Part shown: positions 1-12,600 of the stretch, piece after piece
Numbering within the stretch: position 1 is the first letter of the stretch
Layout: each line of letters opens with the position of its first letter
NCBI RefSeq assembly: GCF_000143415.4
Contig: NW_003314319.1
Coordinates: 1,199,219 to 1,263,218, forward strand
Length of the DNA: 64,000 bases
Direction of reading: 5' to 3'
Source of the DNA: Selaginella moellendorffii
Taxonomy: Eukaryota; Plantae; Lycopodiophyta
Position numbers and translations under genes: made by a program
Notes under the pieces: model-generated
What the model was told of the DNA's origin: nothing
The model's database searches: none
The model's input: only the letters and a program-made list of their open reading frames with translations

Positions 1-1163
1 ATGGACCCGAGATAGAGTCTGAAGTCGAGACCGAGACCGGGACCGAGACCGAGATCTGGACTGAGACCGAGACCGAGGCCAAGGCCGAGACCGAGCCCGA
101 GCCCGAGCCCGAGTCCAAGTCTGAGTCCAAGTCCAAGTCCGAGTCCAAGTCCGAGTTCGAGTCTGAGAGGGTGAAAGCCCAAAGTGTTCGTCTCCCAGAC
201 CCTGGGGGGTTTGGTGAGCTCCAAAAGTATAGTAAAGGGGAGGACTGCAGTGGAGCCAGTTGGGCCAGGAAAGGCCAATTTGGCCCAAAAAGGCTGTACC
301 CAGTGTTGGGTGATGAGCTGCCCACTGTGAAATCTAAAACTAGAGTGAACACGGACTGATAAGTGGGGTAGCTTGGTGAAGTGTTCAAGAGCCAGCTCTA
401 GTTCCCCCGGGAGATCGACTGGCTGATGCTCCCAATCCAAGTGTGGGTGGCACTATCTACTTGGATACCTGGTATGGCTCAACGGAACCTAACTCTAAGC
501 CCATGGCTAGAGCACTTAAAGGCAAAAGGCATGGAGAGTACCCATGAGACTTGCGTAAGGCCATGGTGTTCCAAAATGTTGTCCCAAAGTCCCAAACGGT
601 GAAAGGGAAGAGGAGTAGTCCTCTAGTGCAGTGACCAAGGATACGATCACATGTTGAAGAAGTCCCAAAGGATAGTGGGACTTAGAGGTTGAGCCTGCGG
701 GCCTTGATCTAGTGGTAGTGTTGGCGAACACGGCCATGGACAGAAAGGGACTTGGTGGGGACTGGAAAAGAGTTGTCGGGGAAGGTTATTTTTCATGTCT
801 ACGGGCATCCTAAGGATGTTAAGGAGTAAATCTGGGATGATCACTCACGGACGGATGGCCCAGTCTTTGAGAGACGGGACTATGATGCAAGTGGCGTTAA
901 ACCACCGGTGTGACCAAGGTGAATGGGTATGGCTTTAGTGTAACAGGCCGATATGTCGGTGGTGCCTTAGGGTGTCAGTCATGGGATCAGACACATGGAG
1001 CACTTGGACCAAGTGCAAAGGTTGAGTGGCATGGATGCCATTCTTGGGGCTAGCAAGCCCGAAGTCCTAACTGGGACTTATGGAAGTTGTGAATGAGACT
1101 CCTCCAAGTGGTCGGAGGTGCGGTTAAGTGACTAAAGTAAAATGGAAAACTTAGTCGCTTACA
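1..1163 (+). mobile_element. LTR of family A (3' LTR or solo LTR; its 5' part lies outside the window)
   Basis: Colinear with the LTRs at 18116-20137 and 34400-36006. Ends ...TTAGTCGCTTACA at 1163 and is not followed by a PBS. Confidence 0.9.
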
Positions 1164-1699
1164 ATATTGCTCCCATTGCAACATCAGAACTCACAGTATA
1201 GAAAGGTGTTGGAAGCTTTATCTAGAGCTGTGACCACCACGTTTTCAATGTGTCCAAGAGCAACCATTCACTGATAATAGCACTATAACACAAGCGAAGG
1301 ATCGCTACTAAAAATAGCTTGAGCAGCATGCAATCGAGGATGTACCTTTGTCATCTTCCAACAAAGGAAAATCTCTAATGGGACAAGTCAATGCAATCAG
1401 GATCCCAAGGAAGAGTTTGCAAAGACAATAGCCACATGAGCACAAAAGAAAAAAACAACTAATCAAGAGAAAATTGATGGCGATCCAACTCCTTCAGCAA
1501 TCACTAATCCAACACTAAAGGTGGCATGCAAACTCCCATTCACGCCTCTCCTTCCCAGATATCTTGCACCTTTCTTTGGTAGGGACTTGGAGTGTGCACT
1601 TCAACAATTGATGGAAACATTTGTCACCTTTTTGTGGTGTGAGCTTTCATGTATGATTCCTAGCTTTAGATAGCATCTAAAGGACTTTACAAGGTCTAC

Positions 1700-2075
1700 T
1701 AAAGCCATAGCCTCTTTCCTATTGGATGTGCACATCATTGACATAGCCTCCTTTTCTAATCTAGATGCAATTTTTGCACCTATAGGCTTTGGCGATAGTT
1801 CTCCCATCATCAATGCTTTTGTCGATTTTGGATTTGGGAGCAATGTGATCTCTTCAGCCACAAGAGCAGGTTTTCAAGTCTCTAGAAGCACAACTTTGAT
1901 CCTAAAGATGTTTGCAAACTACATTGTTATCCCCACGGGCATTTGATGTAGTGTTCGAGTTTACATTAATGGGGTGGAATCTTTTTTGAACTTTGTAGTG
2001 GTAAACTACCAAAAGTTCAGCTCCACACCTTTGAAGGACTCCCTCATCATTGGACAAGTTTGGCATGATTAGGCT
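1700..2075 (+). pseudogene. Degenerate retropepsin (aspartic protease) remnant of an older Gypsy element
   Basis: Translation NAFVDFGFGSNVIS... followed after a stop by ...DSLIIGQVW resembles the retroviral-type protease motifs (DxGxxxNxI ... LILGRPW). Confidence 0.5.
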
Positions 2076-2379
2076 TGAGGCATTCCTGACTCTCGAGACA
2101 CTTCCCTATTCCTGACTCTCGAGACACTTCCCTATTCCTGACTCTCGAGACACTTCCCGATTCCTGAGTCTCAGGCCACATTCCTGATGATGATGTGGCG
2201 CCTCCTCGACCTCAGCTATATTTAGGCTGTCCTCGATCCAAGAGTGGTGGAGCTTCATCAACCTATAGTATATATAGGTTAGCCTTGTTCCATTTCTCCA
2301 CAATTTGAATCAACACCAGTCTAAGGTTTCTTCTTTGTTTCCACTAGCTTTTCTCTTTGTCTTTTTGCAAATCCAGTCT

Positions 2380-3294
2380 GAGAATACCCAGGTGAAGGCG
2401 ACCCTTCTTCGCATGCAGCAGGAGCTTGCTTCACTTTCGGCTCAAGGATCCAGCAAAGTTCCTGAACCGAAGGTGAGCTTCCCGGCGAAATTTTCAGGCA
2501 AGCGTTCGGAGCTTCGCGGATTCCTGAACCAGATGGAGTTGATCTTCGCACTTCAACATCGGCGGTACCCTACTCCCGAGTCTCAAATCGGCGCGATTGG
2601 GACGTTGCTCGAAGGTGCAGCTTTGTCATGGTTTCCTCCTTTTCTGGAGAAGAGCGTGAAAGGGGTCGTGGTTCCAGAGCTGATGGGTCTTCAATTGTTC
2701 AAAGAGAAGCTCGAAGCATGTTTTGGCAAGACGGATCGGGTTCGGGCTGCTACCACAAAGATGAGACGTCTCTCTCAGGGGTCTCGTCCTGCTTCGATCT
2801 ACGCTGCAGAGTTCCAACTCCTTGCTTTGGACACTTAGTGGGATGAGCGGGCCCTGATTGACCAATTTCGTTTCGGCCTCAACAACGGTGTCAAGGATTT
2901 GTTGCTCACCATGGAGGATCCCAAGGACCTGTTGGATGCCATCAACAAAGCTGTTAGATGTGACAATCATCTCTTTGAACGTCGTCAGGAAAGTTGCCGC
3001 GCCACTGTTTTTCCGTCCCAGACTCAGGAATCCCAGCTTGAGTCTTCGGGCCATACTCTTGAACCTACTACTCCGGTTCCAATGGATATTTCTGGTACTC
3101 CCCGACTCATTAGAGGGAAGTTGAGTCCTGCTGAGAAGCAACCTTGAATATCTCATAATCTTTGCCTCTAGTGTTCTGATCCTAATCACAAAGCAGCTGT
3201 ATGTCCCAAGAAGCCTCCTCGACTGCTCGAGTTCACTCTGCCTCAAAGTCCACCTCTATTGCAGTCGGGAAACGACCCTGTCCAAACAGAGTAG
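2380..3294 (+). pseudogene. gag: Chromovirus gag with premature stops and a 5' deletion
   Basis: PAKFSGKRSELRGFL, LSQGSRPASIYAAEF, PVPMDI, and CCHC knuckle [13 protein letters not shown]. In-frame stops at 2836, 3145 and ~3169. Confidence 0.9.
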
Positions 3295-6200
3295 GAGCTG
3301 TTTGTTTGGACTCCCCAAATAAAAATCACTTTTCTTCTTTATCAAGCTCCTCACCACCTTTCATCAAAGCCACCACCAATTCCCGCAACTTCCGTGTCCC
3401 ATGTCTCCTTTCTTTCACCGGACAATCAGGACTCAAGGCTCTAGCATTACTGGACTCGGGTGCAACTTCCTGCTTCATGGACACGGACTTTGCTGCCCGA
3501 CATCACGTTCCTCTTTCTCCTACCATACGGGATTTGAGGGTTGAAGGCATCGGCGGGCATTTTGTGTCTCCATCTTCTGGACTTAGGGAAACGTTGCTTG
3601 TTCGAGTACACATCGGGTCCACCGTCACCGATATCGCCTTCAACATCATCAACAGCAAGTCCTCCTCTGTGGTGCTCGGTCTTCCATGGTTCCAACTACA
3701 TCAGCCTCAGATCTGTTGGAAGGAATTACAGCTCATCTCTCCCACGGCTTCCCCTGCTGTTCATCGAGTCCGAATCAGGAAAAGTTCCCTAAACTCAAAT
3801 CGGGGTTCTGTTCCTGACTCTATAAAGTTTTCACCCTCTTCTTTTTCCTCTCTTCCATCTTACACTAGACCGTATCCTCGTCTCATCATTCCATTTAGTC
3901 ATACACCTCCTCCTATCTCCACAATCACTATGAAAGAACTCCTTCATGAAGAACCTCTTTTTCTTTTTGCTTTGCATGTTTCTCCTGTCAGTCTTCCTGA
4001 GAAGTATCATGATTTTGGGGATGTGTTTGACAAGAAAAAAGCTAGTGTACTGCCTGTTCATCGGCCTTATGATTGTCCCATTGATTTACAGGAAGGAGCG
4101 TCACCTCCGTGGGGGCCTATCTACGGGTTATCCCCGTCCGAGCTTAAGGCCCTCAAAGAGTATGTGGATGAGAACCTTGCCTCGGGCTACATTCAGCATT
4201 CGCAGTTCCCGGCTAGAGCGCCTGTCTTCTTTGTCAAGAAGAAGGATGGGAGCTTGCGGCTAGTTATTGACTATCGAGGTTTGAACAAGGTGACTGTTCG
4301 GAACCGTTATCCGCTGCCCCTGATCTCGGACCTGTTGGAACGCCTCGGCGGTGCCCGCTTCTTCACCAAGATCGACCTCCGTGGAGCATACAACCTGATC
4401 TGGATCCGGCCTGGTGATGAATGGAAGACTGCGTTCCAAACCCGCTATGGCCACTTCGAGTACACTGTCATGCCATTTGGCTTGACAAATGCTCCAGCAG
4501 TTTTCCAACACATGGCTAACGACGTCTTTCGGGAGTTTCTTGATCAGATGGTGATCGTCTACCTCGATGACATCCTCATCTACTAAAAAACTCAGGAGGA
4601 GCATGACGAGGTGCTAGCGAAGCTGCGAGAACACGGCCTATACGCGAAGCTTGAGAAATGTTCCTTTGATCAGCAGTCTGTGGAGTTCCTTGGGTACATT
4701 GTCACTCCTGAGGGTATCACGATGGATCCTGCCAAAGTCAAGACTATTCTCAAATGGGAGCCTCTACAATCAATGTTGGACGTTCAGGTTTTCCTTGGCT
4801 TCGCCAACTTCTACCGCAAATTCATTGATCACTACTCTGACATTGTCCTTCCTCTCACACATCTCACTCGCAAGGATGTTCCCTTCTCTTGGTCTGCTGC
4901 TGCCCACCAGGCCTTCGACACACTCAAGGCGGCCTTCAGTTCTGCTCCTGTCTTGATCCATGCTGATTCCTCACAACCTTTCTTCATCGAGGCTGACGCC
5001 TCCGACTTTGCCATTGGTGCTGTGCTGTCTCAACTCGGAGCGGATCACGAACTTCATTTGGTCGCTTTCCATTCTCGGAAATTCCAGCCTGCTGAGATCA
5101 ATTACGAAATCCACGACAAGGAGCTCCTTGCTATCGTGGATTCCTTTGGAGAGTGGCGCCATTTCTTGGAGGGGGCGAGCCATCAAACAACAGTCTGGAC
5201 GGATCACAAAAATCTCGAGTACTTTGCCACTTCCCGAGTTTTAAGCCGTCGTCAAGCAAGGTGGGCACAATTCCTGAGTCGGTTTGACTTTGTTATCAAG
5301 TACAGACCTGGAAAGTTTCAAGGCCTTCCTGATGCTCTTTCAAGGCGCTCCTATCTCAGTCTCAGGCCTGGTAATCCTGCCTTCGATCAACAGGATCAAG
5401 TTATCCTCGGTCCTGATCGGCTTCAAGTTATGGCAATTTCCCTGGCCCCTCAGGACTCCTCCTTGATGGATGCAATCAGAAACGATCTTCAATCCGATGA
5501 TCTCGCTAGCGCATCTTCCCCCATCTTCAGGCTGGACACCCAGTGACTCCCGACTGCCGGCGATTTGACGAGTTCGAGTTCTTAGATGGCTTATTGTACC
5601 GTGGGGAGCAGCTTTACGTTCCTGAAGGTGATGCTCGAAGGTTGGTCCTGATGGCGTGCCATGATAGCCCGACTGCTGGTCACTTCGGCATTGCGAAAAC
5701 CTATGAGCTAGTTGCACGGGACTTTTGGTGGCCTCACATGGACGACTACATCAAAGCTTTTGTTACCTCCTGTGACACTTGTGCCCGGAATAAGGTACCT
5801 CGCCACCTTCCTTCAGGTTTGCTTCGTTCCCTTCCGGTCCCTTCAGGTCCTTGGGAATCCATCTCCATGGATTTCTTGAGTGATCTTCCGAGTTCTGGAG
5901 GCTTCAACAGCATTTTAGTCGTGGTGGATCGCTTCACAAAGATGGCGCACTTCTTGCCATGTACCAAGGAATTTTCGGGCGAGGACATAGAAAAATTGGT
6001 ATTCAGGGAAATTTTCCGACTTCATGGGATTCCTACAGATGTGGTTTCGGATCGGGGGCCTCAGTTCATCTCTCATTTCTGGCAATGGTTTTTGCAGCTG
6101 CTTGGAGTGAAGGCCAACCTCTCTTCGGCATATCATCCTCAAACTGATGGGCAGTCCGAGCGAACGATTCAGACGTTGGAACAATTTTTGAGGTGCTTCA

Positions 6201-7012
6201 TCAACTATCATCAGGATAACTGGTTCGATATCCTTCCCCTTGCTGAGTTCTCCTATAATAACTCTGTTCACTCCTCTCTTCGAGTTTCCCCCTTCTTTGC
6301 GAACTCTGGCCGAAATCCCCGATTCAATCTCTCACTTCCTTCTCCATCTGAATCCTCTCGTTCAAATCCCCGTTCTGAGGCATTTATCTCCAACCTCCAG
6401 GAAATCCACAACTCCATCTCCTTCCACCTCCATCGTGCTCAGGAATCTCATAAAACATTTGCCAATGTCCATCGTCAGGATTGTCCCCCTTACAATATCG
6501 GGGATAAAGTCTGGCTCCTTAGGCGAAATATCTCCACCACCAGGCCCTGTCCAAAACTCGATTTCAAACGCCTTGGTCCTTTCCCTATCACTGCCATCAT
6601 TAATCCTGTGACTTATCGCCTTGCACTTCCCTCCTCATATCAAATTCACCCCGTTTTTCACTCCTCTCTCCTTGAGCCTTATATTCCCAGTCCTATTCCA
6701 AATCGGGTCATTCCTCCGCCTCCACCAGTGCAGCTCGAGGATGGGTCTGAGTACGAGGTTCAGGACATCCTTGATTCCAAGATTTCACGGTCTAAACTCT
6801 ACTATCTGGTGGACTGGAAGGGTTACGGACCTGAGGAACGCACTTGGGAACCTGCGGACAACCTGATTCATTCTCCTGACCTTGTTCAGGACTTCCACCG
6901 CCGCTATCCTTCTCGTCCCAGTCCTCATTCTTTTTCTCCATCTCCCATCCCTCGCCGCTCATCTCATCCTCCTCTTCATTCTCGTTCACATCCTCATTCC
7001 ACTCGTTCTTGA
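3267..7012 (+). pseudogene. pol: Chromovirus pol (protease, RT, RNase H, integrase, chromodomain)
   Basis: LLDSGAT; RT YLDD; RNase H EADASD/TDHKNL; integrase HHCC and SDRGPQF...GQSER; GPF motif; chromodomain EYEVQDILDS...YLVDWKGYGPEERTWEP. Stop at 4584 and a frameshift near 5510-5545. Confidence 0.95.
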
Positions 7013-7023
7013 GGAGGGGGTGC

Positions 7024-7435
7024 TGTCAGGAATCCCCCAAATCTTGCCACATTCCTGACTCTCGCCGGATTCCTAACCTGCAGACCACATTCCTGACTCT
7101 CGAGACACTTCCCTATTCCTGACTCTCGAGACACTTCCCTATTCCTGACTCTCGAGACACTTCCCTATTCCTGACTCTCAAGACACTTCCCGATTCCTGA
7201 GTCTCAGGCCACATTCCTGATGATGATGTGGCGCCTCCTCGACCTCAGCTATATTTAGGCCGTCCTCGATCCAAGAGTGGTGGAGCTTCATCAACCTATA
7301 GTATATATAGGTTAGCCTTGTTCCATTTCTCCACAATTTGAATCAACACCAGTCTAAGGTTTCTTCTTTGTTTCCACTAGCTTTTCTCTTTGTCTTTTTG
7401 CATTTCCAGTCTTGATCTTGTCAGGGGTCTTGACA
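7024..7435 (+). repeat. Chromovirus 3' LTR with 26-bp U3 tandem repeats (ATTCCTGACTCTCGAGACACTTCCCT)
   Basis: TGTCA...TGACA termini immediately after the PPT. TATA box at 7302-7309. The repeat unit also occurs three times at 2081-2160. Confidence 0.92.
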
Positions 7436-7901
7436 GTTTGATTAAAATTGTGCTTTTTCGTTTTTTGATTTAGCTCATTTTGATTGTTTGATTACCTTTG
7501 CCTTTTTTTCCCCCTTTTTTCTTTCTTCTTGCCAATGGAGTCTCCAAGCCAGTCTTGATCTTGTCAGGGGTCTTGACATATATAAACTAAGGTTTATGGA
7601 TTAATTGATATGTACATTTTTTGTATTCTTTTTCATATTCCATGCACTCACATTGGTGGAGGTGATGCACATTTTGATTATTCCTAAGGATTGTTTGGAT
7701 TTGGGATTTTGGTTTATATCTAGGTTTTTCCATTTGTTTTTTCCCTTCAGGATTTTGGTTTAGATTTAGCTTTTTGCATTGTCTAGATCTTCATTTCCTT
7801 CTAGCTTTTGTCATTCCTCTTCTTTCACTCTTTCCTTTTTGTTCATCTTCATAGCAAATCAGCAATCTCCTCCTTTGACTCTAGAGCAGCAGTTGGTATA
7901 A

Positions 7902-8578
7902 TTGCTTGATGCTATGTGCTTACAATTGAACAACCAAACTCAGTTGATAGCGGCATTCATGGCACGTGGTACAACTTCTCCTGCTCTTGGTGCCAATCCT
8001 CGCATTCAGCTGGAGTTTTTTCGTGGGAATCCTGGGGATGATGTGTACTATTGGTTCAATCACTTCACAGTGATTGCCACATATCATTCTTGGGATGATA
8101 CTCAATATTTGCATGAGTTTCCCACATGTCTCCAAGGGACGGCGTTGCAGTGGTACAATGGTTTGAGTGCAGCCACTTGTGGGGATTGGAGTGTTCTCCC
8201 GGACGTCTTCAAACACGCATTTGGACATGCAGACGATTGTGATGAGGCCATCCAACAATTATATCATCTTCACCAAGGGCCATCTGAGTCGGTGATGCAA
8301 TTTGGCTTTTGTTTCAGAAGTCTTTTGCTTTGTGCGGAGCCAAATATGCTAGAGCGGATTAAGCTAGGAATGTTGTGGCCAGCACTTCATCAAGATCTTG
8401 TCAGACTTATGCATGCACTTGCTCAGCAACCCTTGACGATGTTTTTCGCTTGGTACAACATTATGAGACGTCTTCTCGTCCACTTCTCACTGCCCATCCT
8501 TCTGCTCCTCTTCCTGTAGGTGATGGTTCTGTTCTAATGGAGGTTGGTGCTGCTGCTGCTTGAGTCTAAGGACAAGGG
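7902..8578 (+). pseudogene. gag: Element B gag (N-terminal part)
   Basis: Retrotransposon gag motifs FRGNPGDDVYYWF, LQGTALQWY, HQGPSESVMQF. Continues after the A1 insertion into GRGRG...CWACDEVGH. Confidence 0.85.
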
Positions 8579-9646
8579 TGTAAGCGACTAATTTTTCCAT
8601 TTTACTTTAGTCACTTAACCGCACCTCCGACCCCTTGGAGGAGTCTCATTCACAACCTCCATAAGTCCCAGTTAGGACTTGGGGTATGCTAGCCCCAAGA
8701 ATGGCATCTCTGCCACTCAACCTTTGCACTTGGTCCAAGTGCTCCACGTGTCCGATCCCATGACCGACACCCCAAGGTACCACCGACATATCGGCCCGTT
8801 ACGCTAATGCCATGTCCATTCACCTTGGTCACATTGGTGGTCCAACACCACCTGCATTCCAAACCCGTCTCTCAACGACTAGGTCATCCGTCCATGAGGG
8901 ATCATCCCAGATCCACTCCTTAACATCCTTAGGATGCCTATAGACAAGGGGAATAGCCTTCCCCAATATCTCCGTTCCGGTCCCCACCAAGTCCCTTTCT
9001 GTCCTTGGCCGTGTTCGCCAACACTGCCACTGGATCAAGGCCCACCGGCCCGACCACTAAGTCCCTCTATCCTCTAGGACTGCTTCACCGCGTGATTGTG
9101 TCCTTGGTCACCACACCAGAGGGCTACTCCTCTTTCTTTCCACAGCCTGGGACTCTGGGACACCATTTCGGAACACCGTGGCCCTACGCTGGCCTCATGG
9201 GTACTCTCCCCGCCTTCCGCCTTTGGGTGCTCTAGCCATGGGCTTAGAGCAAGGTTTCATTGAGCCACGACAGGTATCCAAGTAGGTAGTGCCACCCACA
9301 CTTGGACTGGGAGCATCGGCCAGTCGATCTCCCGGGGGAACTAGAGCCGGCTCTTGAACACTTCACCAAGCTACCCCGCTTGTCGGCTTGTGTTCACTCT
9401 AGTCTTGGACTTCCCAGTGGGCAGCTCATCACCCAACACTGGGTCCGGCCTTCCTGGGCTAAACTGGCCTTTCCTTGCCAAACTGGCTCCACTGCAGTCC
9501 TCCCCCTTACTATACTTTTGGAGCTCACCAAACCCCTCAGGGTCTGGGAGACGAATGCTTTGGGCTTTCACCCTCTCAGACTCGAACTCGGACTCGGACT
9601 CGGACTCGGACTCGGACTCGGACTCGGACTCGGACTCGGACTCGGA

Positions 9647-9681
<35 letters not shown>

Positions 9682-12600
9682 TCTCGGCCTCGGCCTCGGT
9701 CTTGGTCTCGGTTCCGATCTCGGTCTCGGTCTCGGTCCCAGTCTCGGTCCCGGTCTCGGTCTCAACTTCGGACTCCATCTCGGGTCCATCTCGGACTCCA
9801 TCTCGGACTCCATTTCGGGTCCATCTCGGACTCCATCTCGGGTCCATCTCGGACTCCATCTCGGACTCCATCTCGGACTCCATCTCGGGTCCATCTCGGA
9901 CTCCATCTCGGGTCCATCTCGGGTCCATCTTGGACTCCATCTCGGGTCCATTTCGGGTCCATCTCGGACTCCATCTCGGGTCTGTCTCGGACTCAATCTC
10001 GGATCCATCTCGGGTCCACCTCGGACTCCACCTCGGGGTCCTTCTCGGACTCCACTTCGGACTCCACTTCGGACTCCAACTCGGGTCCATCTCGGACACT
10101 TCCACGTGTCATGTGTTAGTCCTTTTTGGGTCCCTTTTTGGAGCCTCGCCTATGGCTCGCTTCGTGCTCATTCCTCAAGCACTTCATTAGGAGTTCCACT
10201 CCCGCTCTTGACTTTTCAAGTCGGAGCTTTTGGTCCAAACGTGTTACGCTCGTTTGACTCTCGCTTTGGCCACTAGCACGTGGCGCTCTTTCGGCTCCAC
10301 TTTGGGGCCTATGGATTTTGTGTCTCACAACTCCACCACCCATAGACGAAGTTCGATGTCCTCATCGAACGGTAAACCCTTTCATAAAGTAACACTCGCA
10401 TGTGTTACCATTTCCATCCTTAGCACCTAGCCAATATTTGTCTATGGTTTGACACCAAAGGCTCACCATGCCTTGTCCATCCTCTAAGGAGCATAGCCTC
10501 TCCAACTTAAAGGTTCACTTGACCACTTGCGGTGGTTCTCTCCTCTTATTGATTTAGTTCTCACTAAACCTGTTAGAGACACCTTCTCTAACTCGATCCC
10601 ACTACCCGTTCTCGAGTGGTCTCACTTTCCAGCGCTATAACCCTTGCACTTTGGAACTTTTAATTCTGACTTCTCGAAGTCAATTTCTTAGGTGTCTCCA
10701 ACACCTTGCATTGCACATATTGTGCAACTCCACTTCCTCATCCTAGGAAGTTCTCCACTTGAGGGCACCATCATCCTCTGTTCGATTTCATGCCACCTTT
10801 GGGCACCGAGTTCCAGTTATCATATTTTGTGCTAGGGCTGTCCACGGCCCTATATTTTGGCTACTTTGCCGCTCCCTCACTTGGAGCTTTTACTTCGCCA
10901 AATTGGAGCAACTTAGGAATCCATCCTTGGAAGTCCACTTCCTTTCCCGCAACCCGTTAGCATCAAACACATTAGTGTTCCTTGGCTAACTTTGCCATTT
11001 GGGATCCCTTCTATTAAATTCCATAGCCCAAACTTGGCCACTAGTCCTTTGCTTCTATCCTTGATTGTTGCACCCAGCAACATAGGATCGCTACCTTCAT
11101 TTTTTAGGTATCCGTTTGGTTCCATAGCAAAGACTCTTCTTTGCCAAGTCCGAAGGATGTTCACCCCTAGTATGTCTCTTTAGCATCTTCTGCTATGGGC
11201 TTTATCCACGGCCCAACTTCGTGACCCTCCCATGGGTCTCTTATAGAGACTACTTTCCTTGGACTCACTATGCCATCACACGGACATAGTTTATTTCCTT
11301 TAGGTGCTCTTCCCACTTGGTCATCTTAACCAAGCCACACCACCTTAAACAGTTCAATTTCAACATTTTGAACCAGGAACTTCATTCCTTAGCCAACCAA
11401 GGACCTTGTCCTTATTTGGCCATAAGATCACCTAATGATCTCACCTTGGCACCTTAACAGAGTTGAGAAGAGGTACTTGGTTTCCTAGACCTTCAAGTTG
11501 TTAACTATAACCCCAGGGGCATCCCCCACACTTGGCGGTGCACCCAAGCCAGCCCTTACGGCCAAGGGTTCATAGCAATTGAGATTAGGTGTCCCCATCT
11601 CACTCACCACGTCCTTGGTGCCACTTGCACCAAAGCGTTCAAGTTAGATATGCCGAGCTTTCACACTAAGCAATCTAACCGTGCATCACGACTCCGAGGC
11701 ATCCCTCGCTTGGCGGTGTGCCCAAACCAGTCTCCCCACTGAGAGTCCATGACCACCGAAATATGAGTGTCCTCATATTCCAAACCATCACCACGCCCTA
11801 GTGAGTTGGGACTCGAACCCAAGTACTAGAGGGTCGGGACTCGAACCCAACCTCCGTATATGCATCTACGGACGGCATCACACAAGATGCCTGGCGTGAC
11901 TCCCCACGCTGGTGCACCAACTCATATTTAAAGCGCGCTACAGATCACAGCTTAGGAACCTAGTTCCTCCGCACTGCCAAGTCCTCTCAATTGACAAGCT
12001 TGTGATCATGCATGGACTCCTCCATGCTCGACCCCATGGGCCACCCTTTTGAAGTTGGCTCCTTCAACTAGGGTATTCATTCCCTCTGACTTGCCAATCT
12101 CACTTAGCAAGTCATCCGGCCACCGTAACATGGTTCATGCATAAGCGTGAAAGTCCTTAACCATCGACTTTCGTTCAAAGCCCTCTCTTTGAACACTTGG
12201 GAACTACTTCCCTAACCTTGATAGCCTTGCCTCATGGCAAGCTTCAAGACCACGCTTCTGCTGCGCCACTCTAATTTCGCGCGTTCCATGAACCATTTAC
12301 ACTTGGCCTTTCTAGGTACTAAGCTACCTAGAATCGTCTTTAGGAACCTTGAAGGAACTCTGTCCCTTAGCTTGCTAAGGCCTCCCTTTTCGCAAGCTTT
12401 ATAGTCGCCATATAGTCTAACATGGACAATTCCATATTTTAGACTCTCCATGGCATCACGGTTGCTAGCAGCAACATCCTCGAGCACCCTCTTGATCCTC
12501 CACTCCCAACTTGCATAACTACCGTTAGATATGCCCTTCGATTTCTATGGTTCAGTTCCATCCCAATACTACTTGCTTTTTGGCCCCCTATGATTCTTTT

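Larger units (their letters stand above)
2081..7578 (+). mobile_element. Chromovirus (Ty3/Gypsy LTR retrotransposon with chromodomain), 5'-truncated and rearranged
   Basis: Partial 5' LTR 2081-~2378 matches the 3' LTR 7024-7435 (TGTCA...TGACA). PPT GAGGAGGGGG at 7011-7020. Domain order gag-PR-RT-RH-IN-chromodomain. Confidence 0.95.

Noticed and set aside
1027-1042. TGGCATGGATGCCA hairpin in A LTRs as a copy of the element C dyad
   Set aside because: Spacing differs (no 6-bp spacer between 7-bp arms) and there is one per LTR; probably coincidental.
9302-10276. Long ORFs with LGLG/SDSD/RTRT/ESES repeats (also 14521-15417, 18011-19414, 34337-35283)
   Set aside because: They arise in all frames from stop-free hexamer and dodecamer satellites inside LTRs; not genes.
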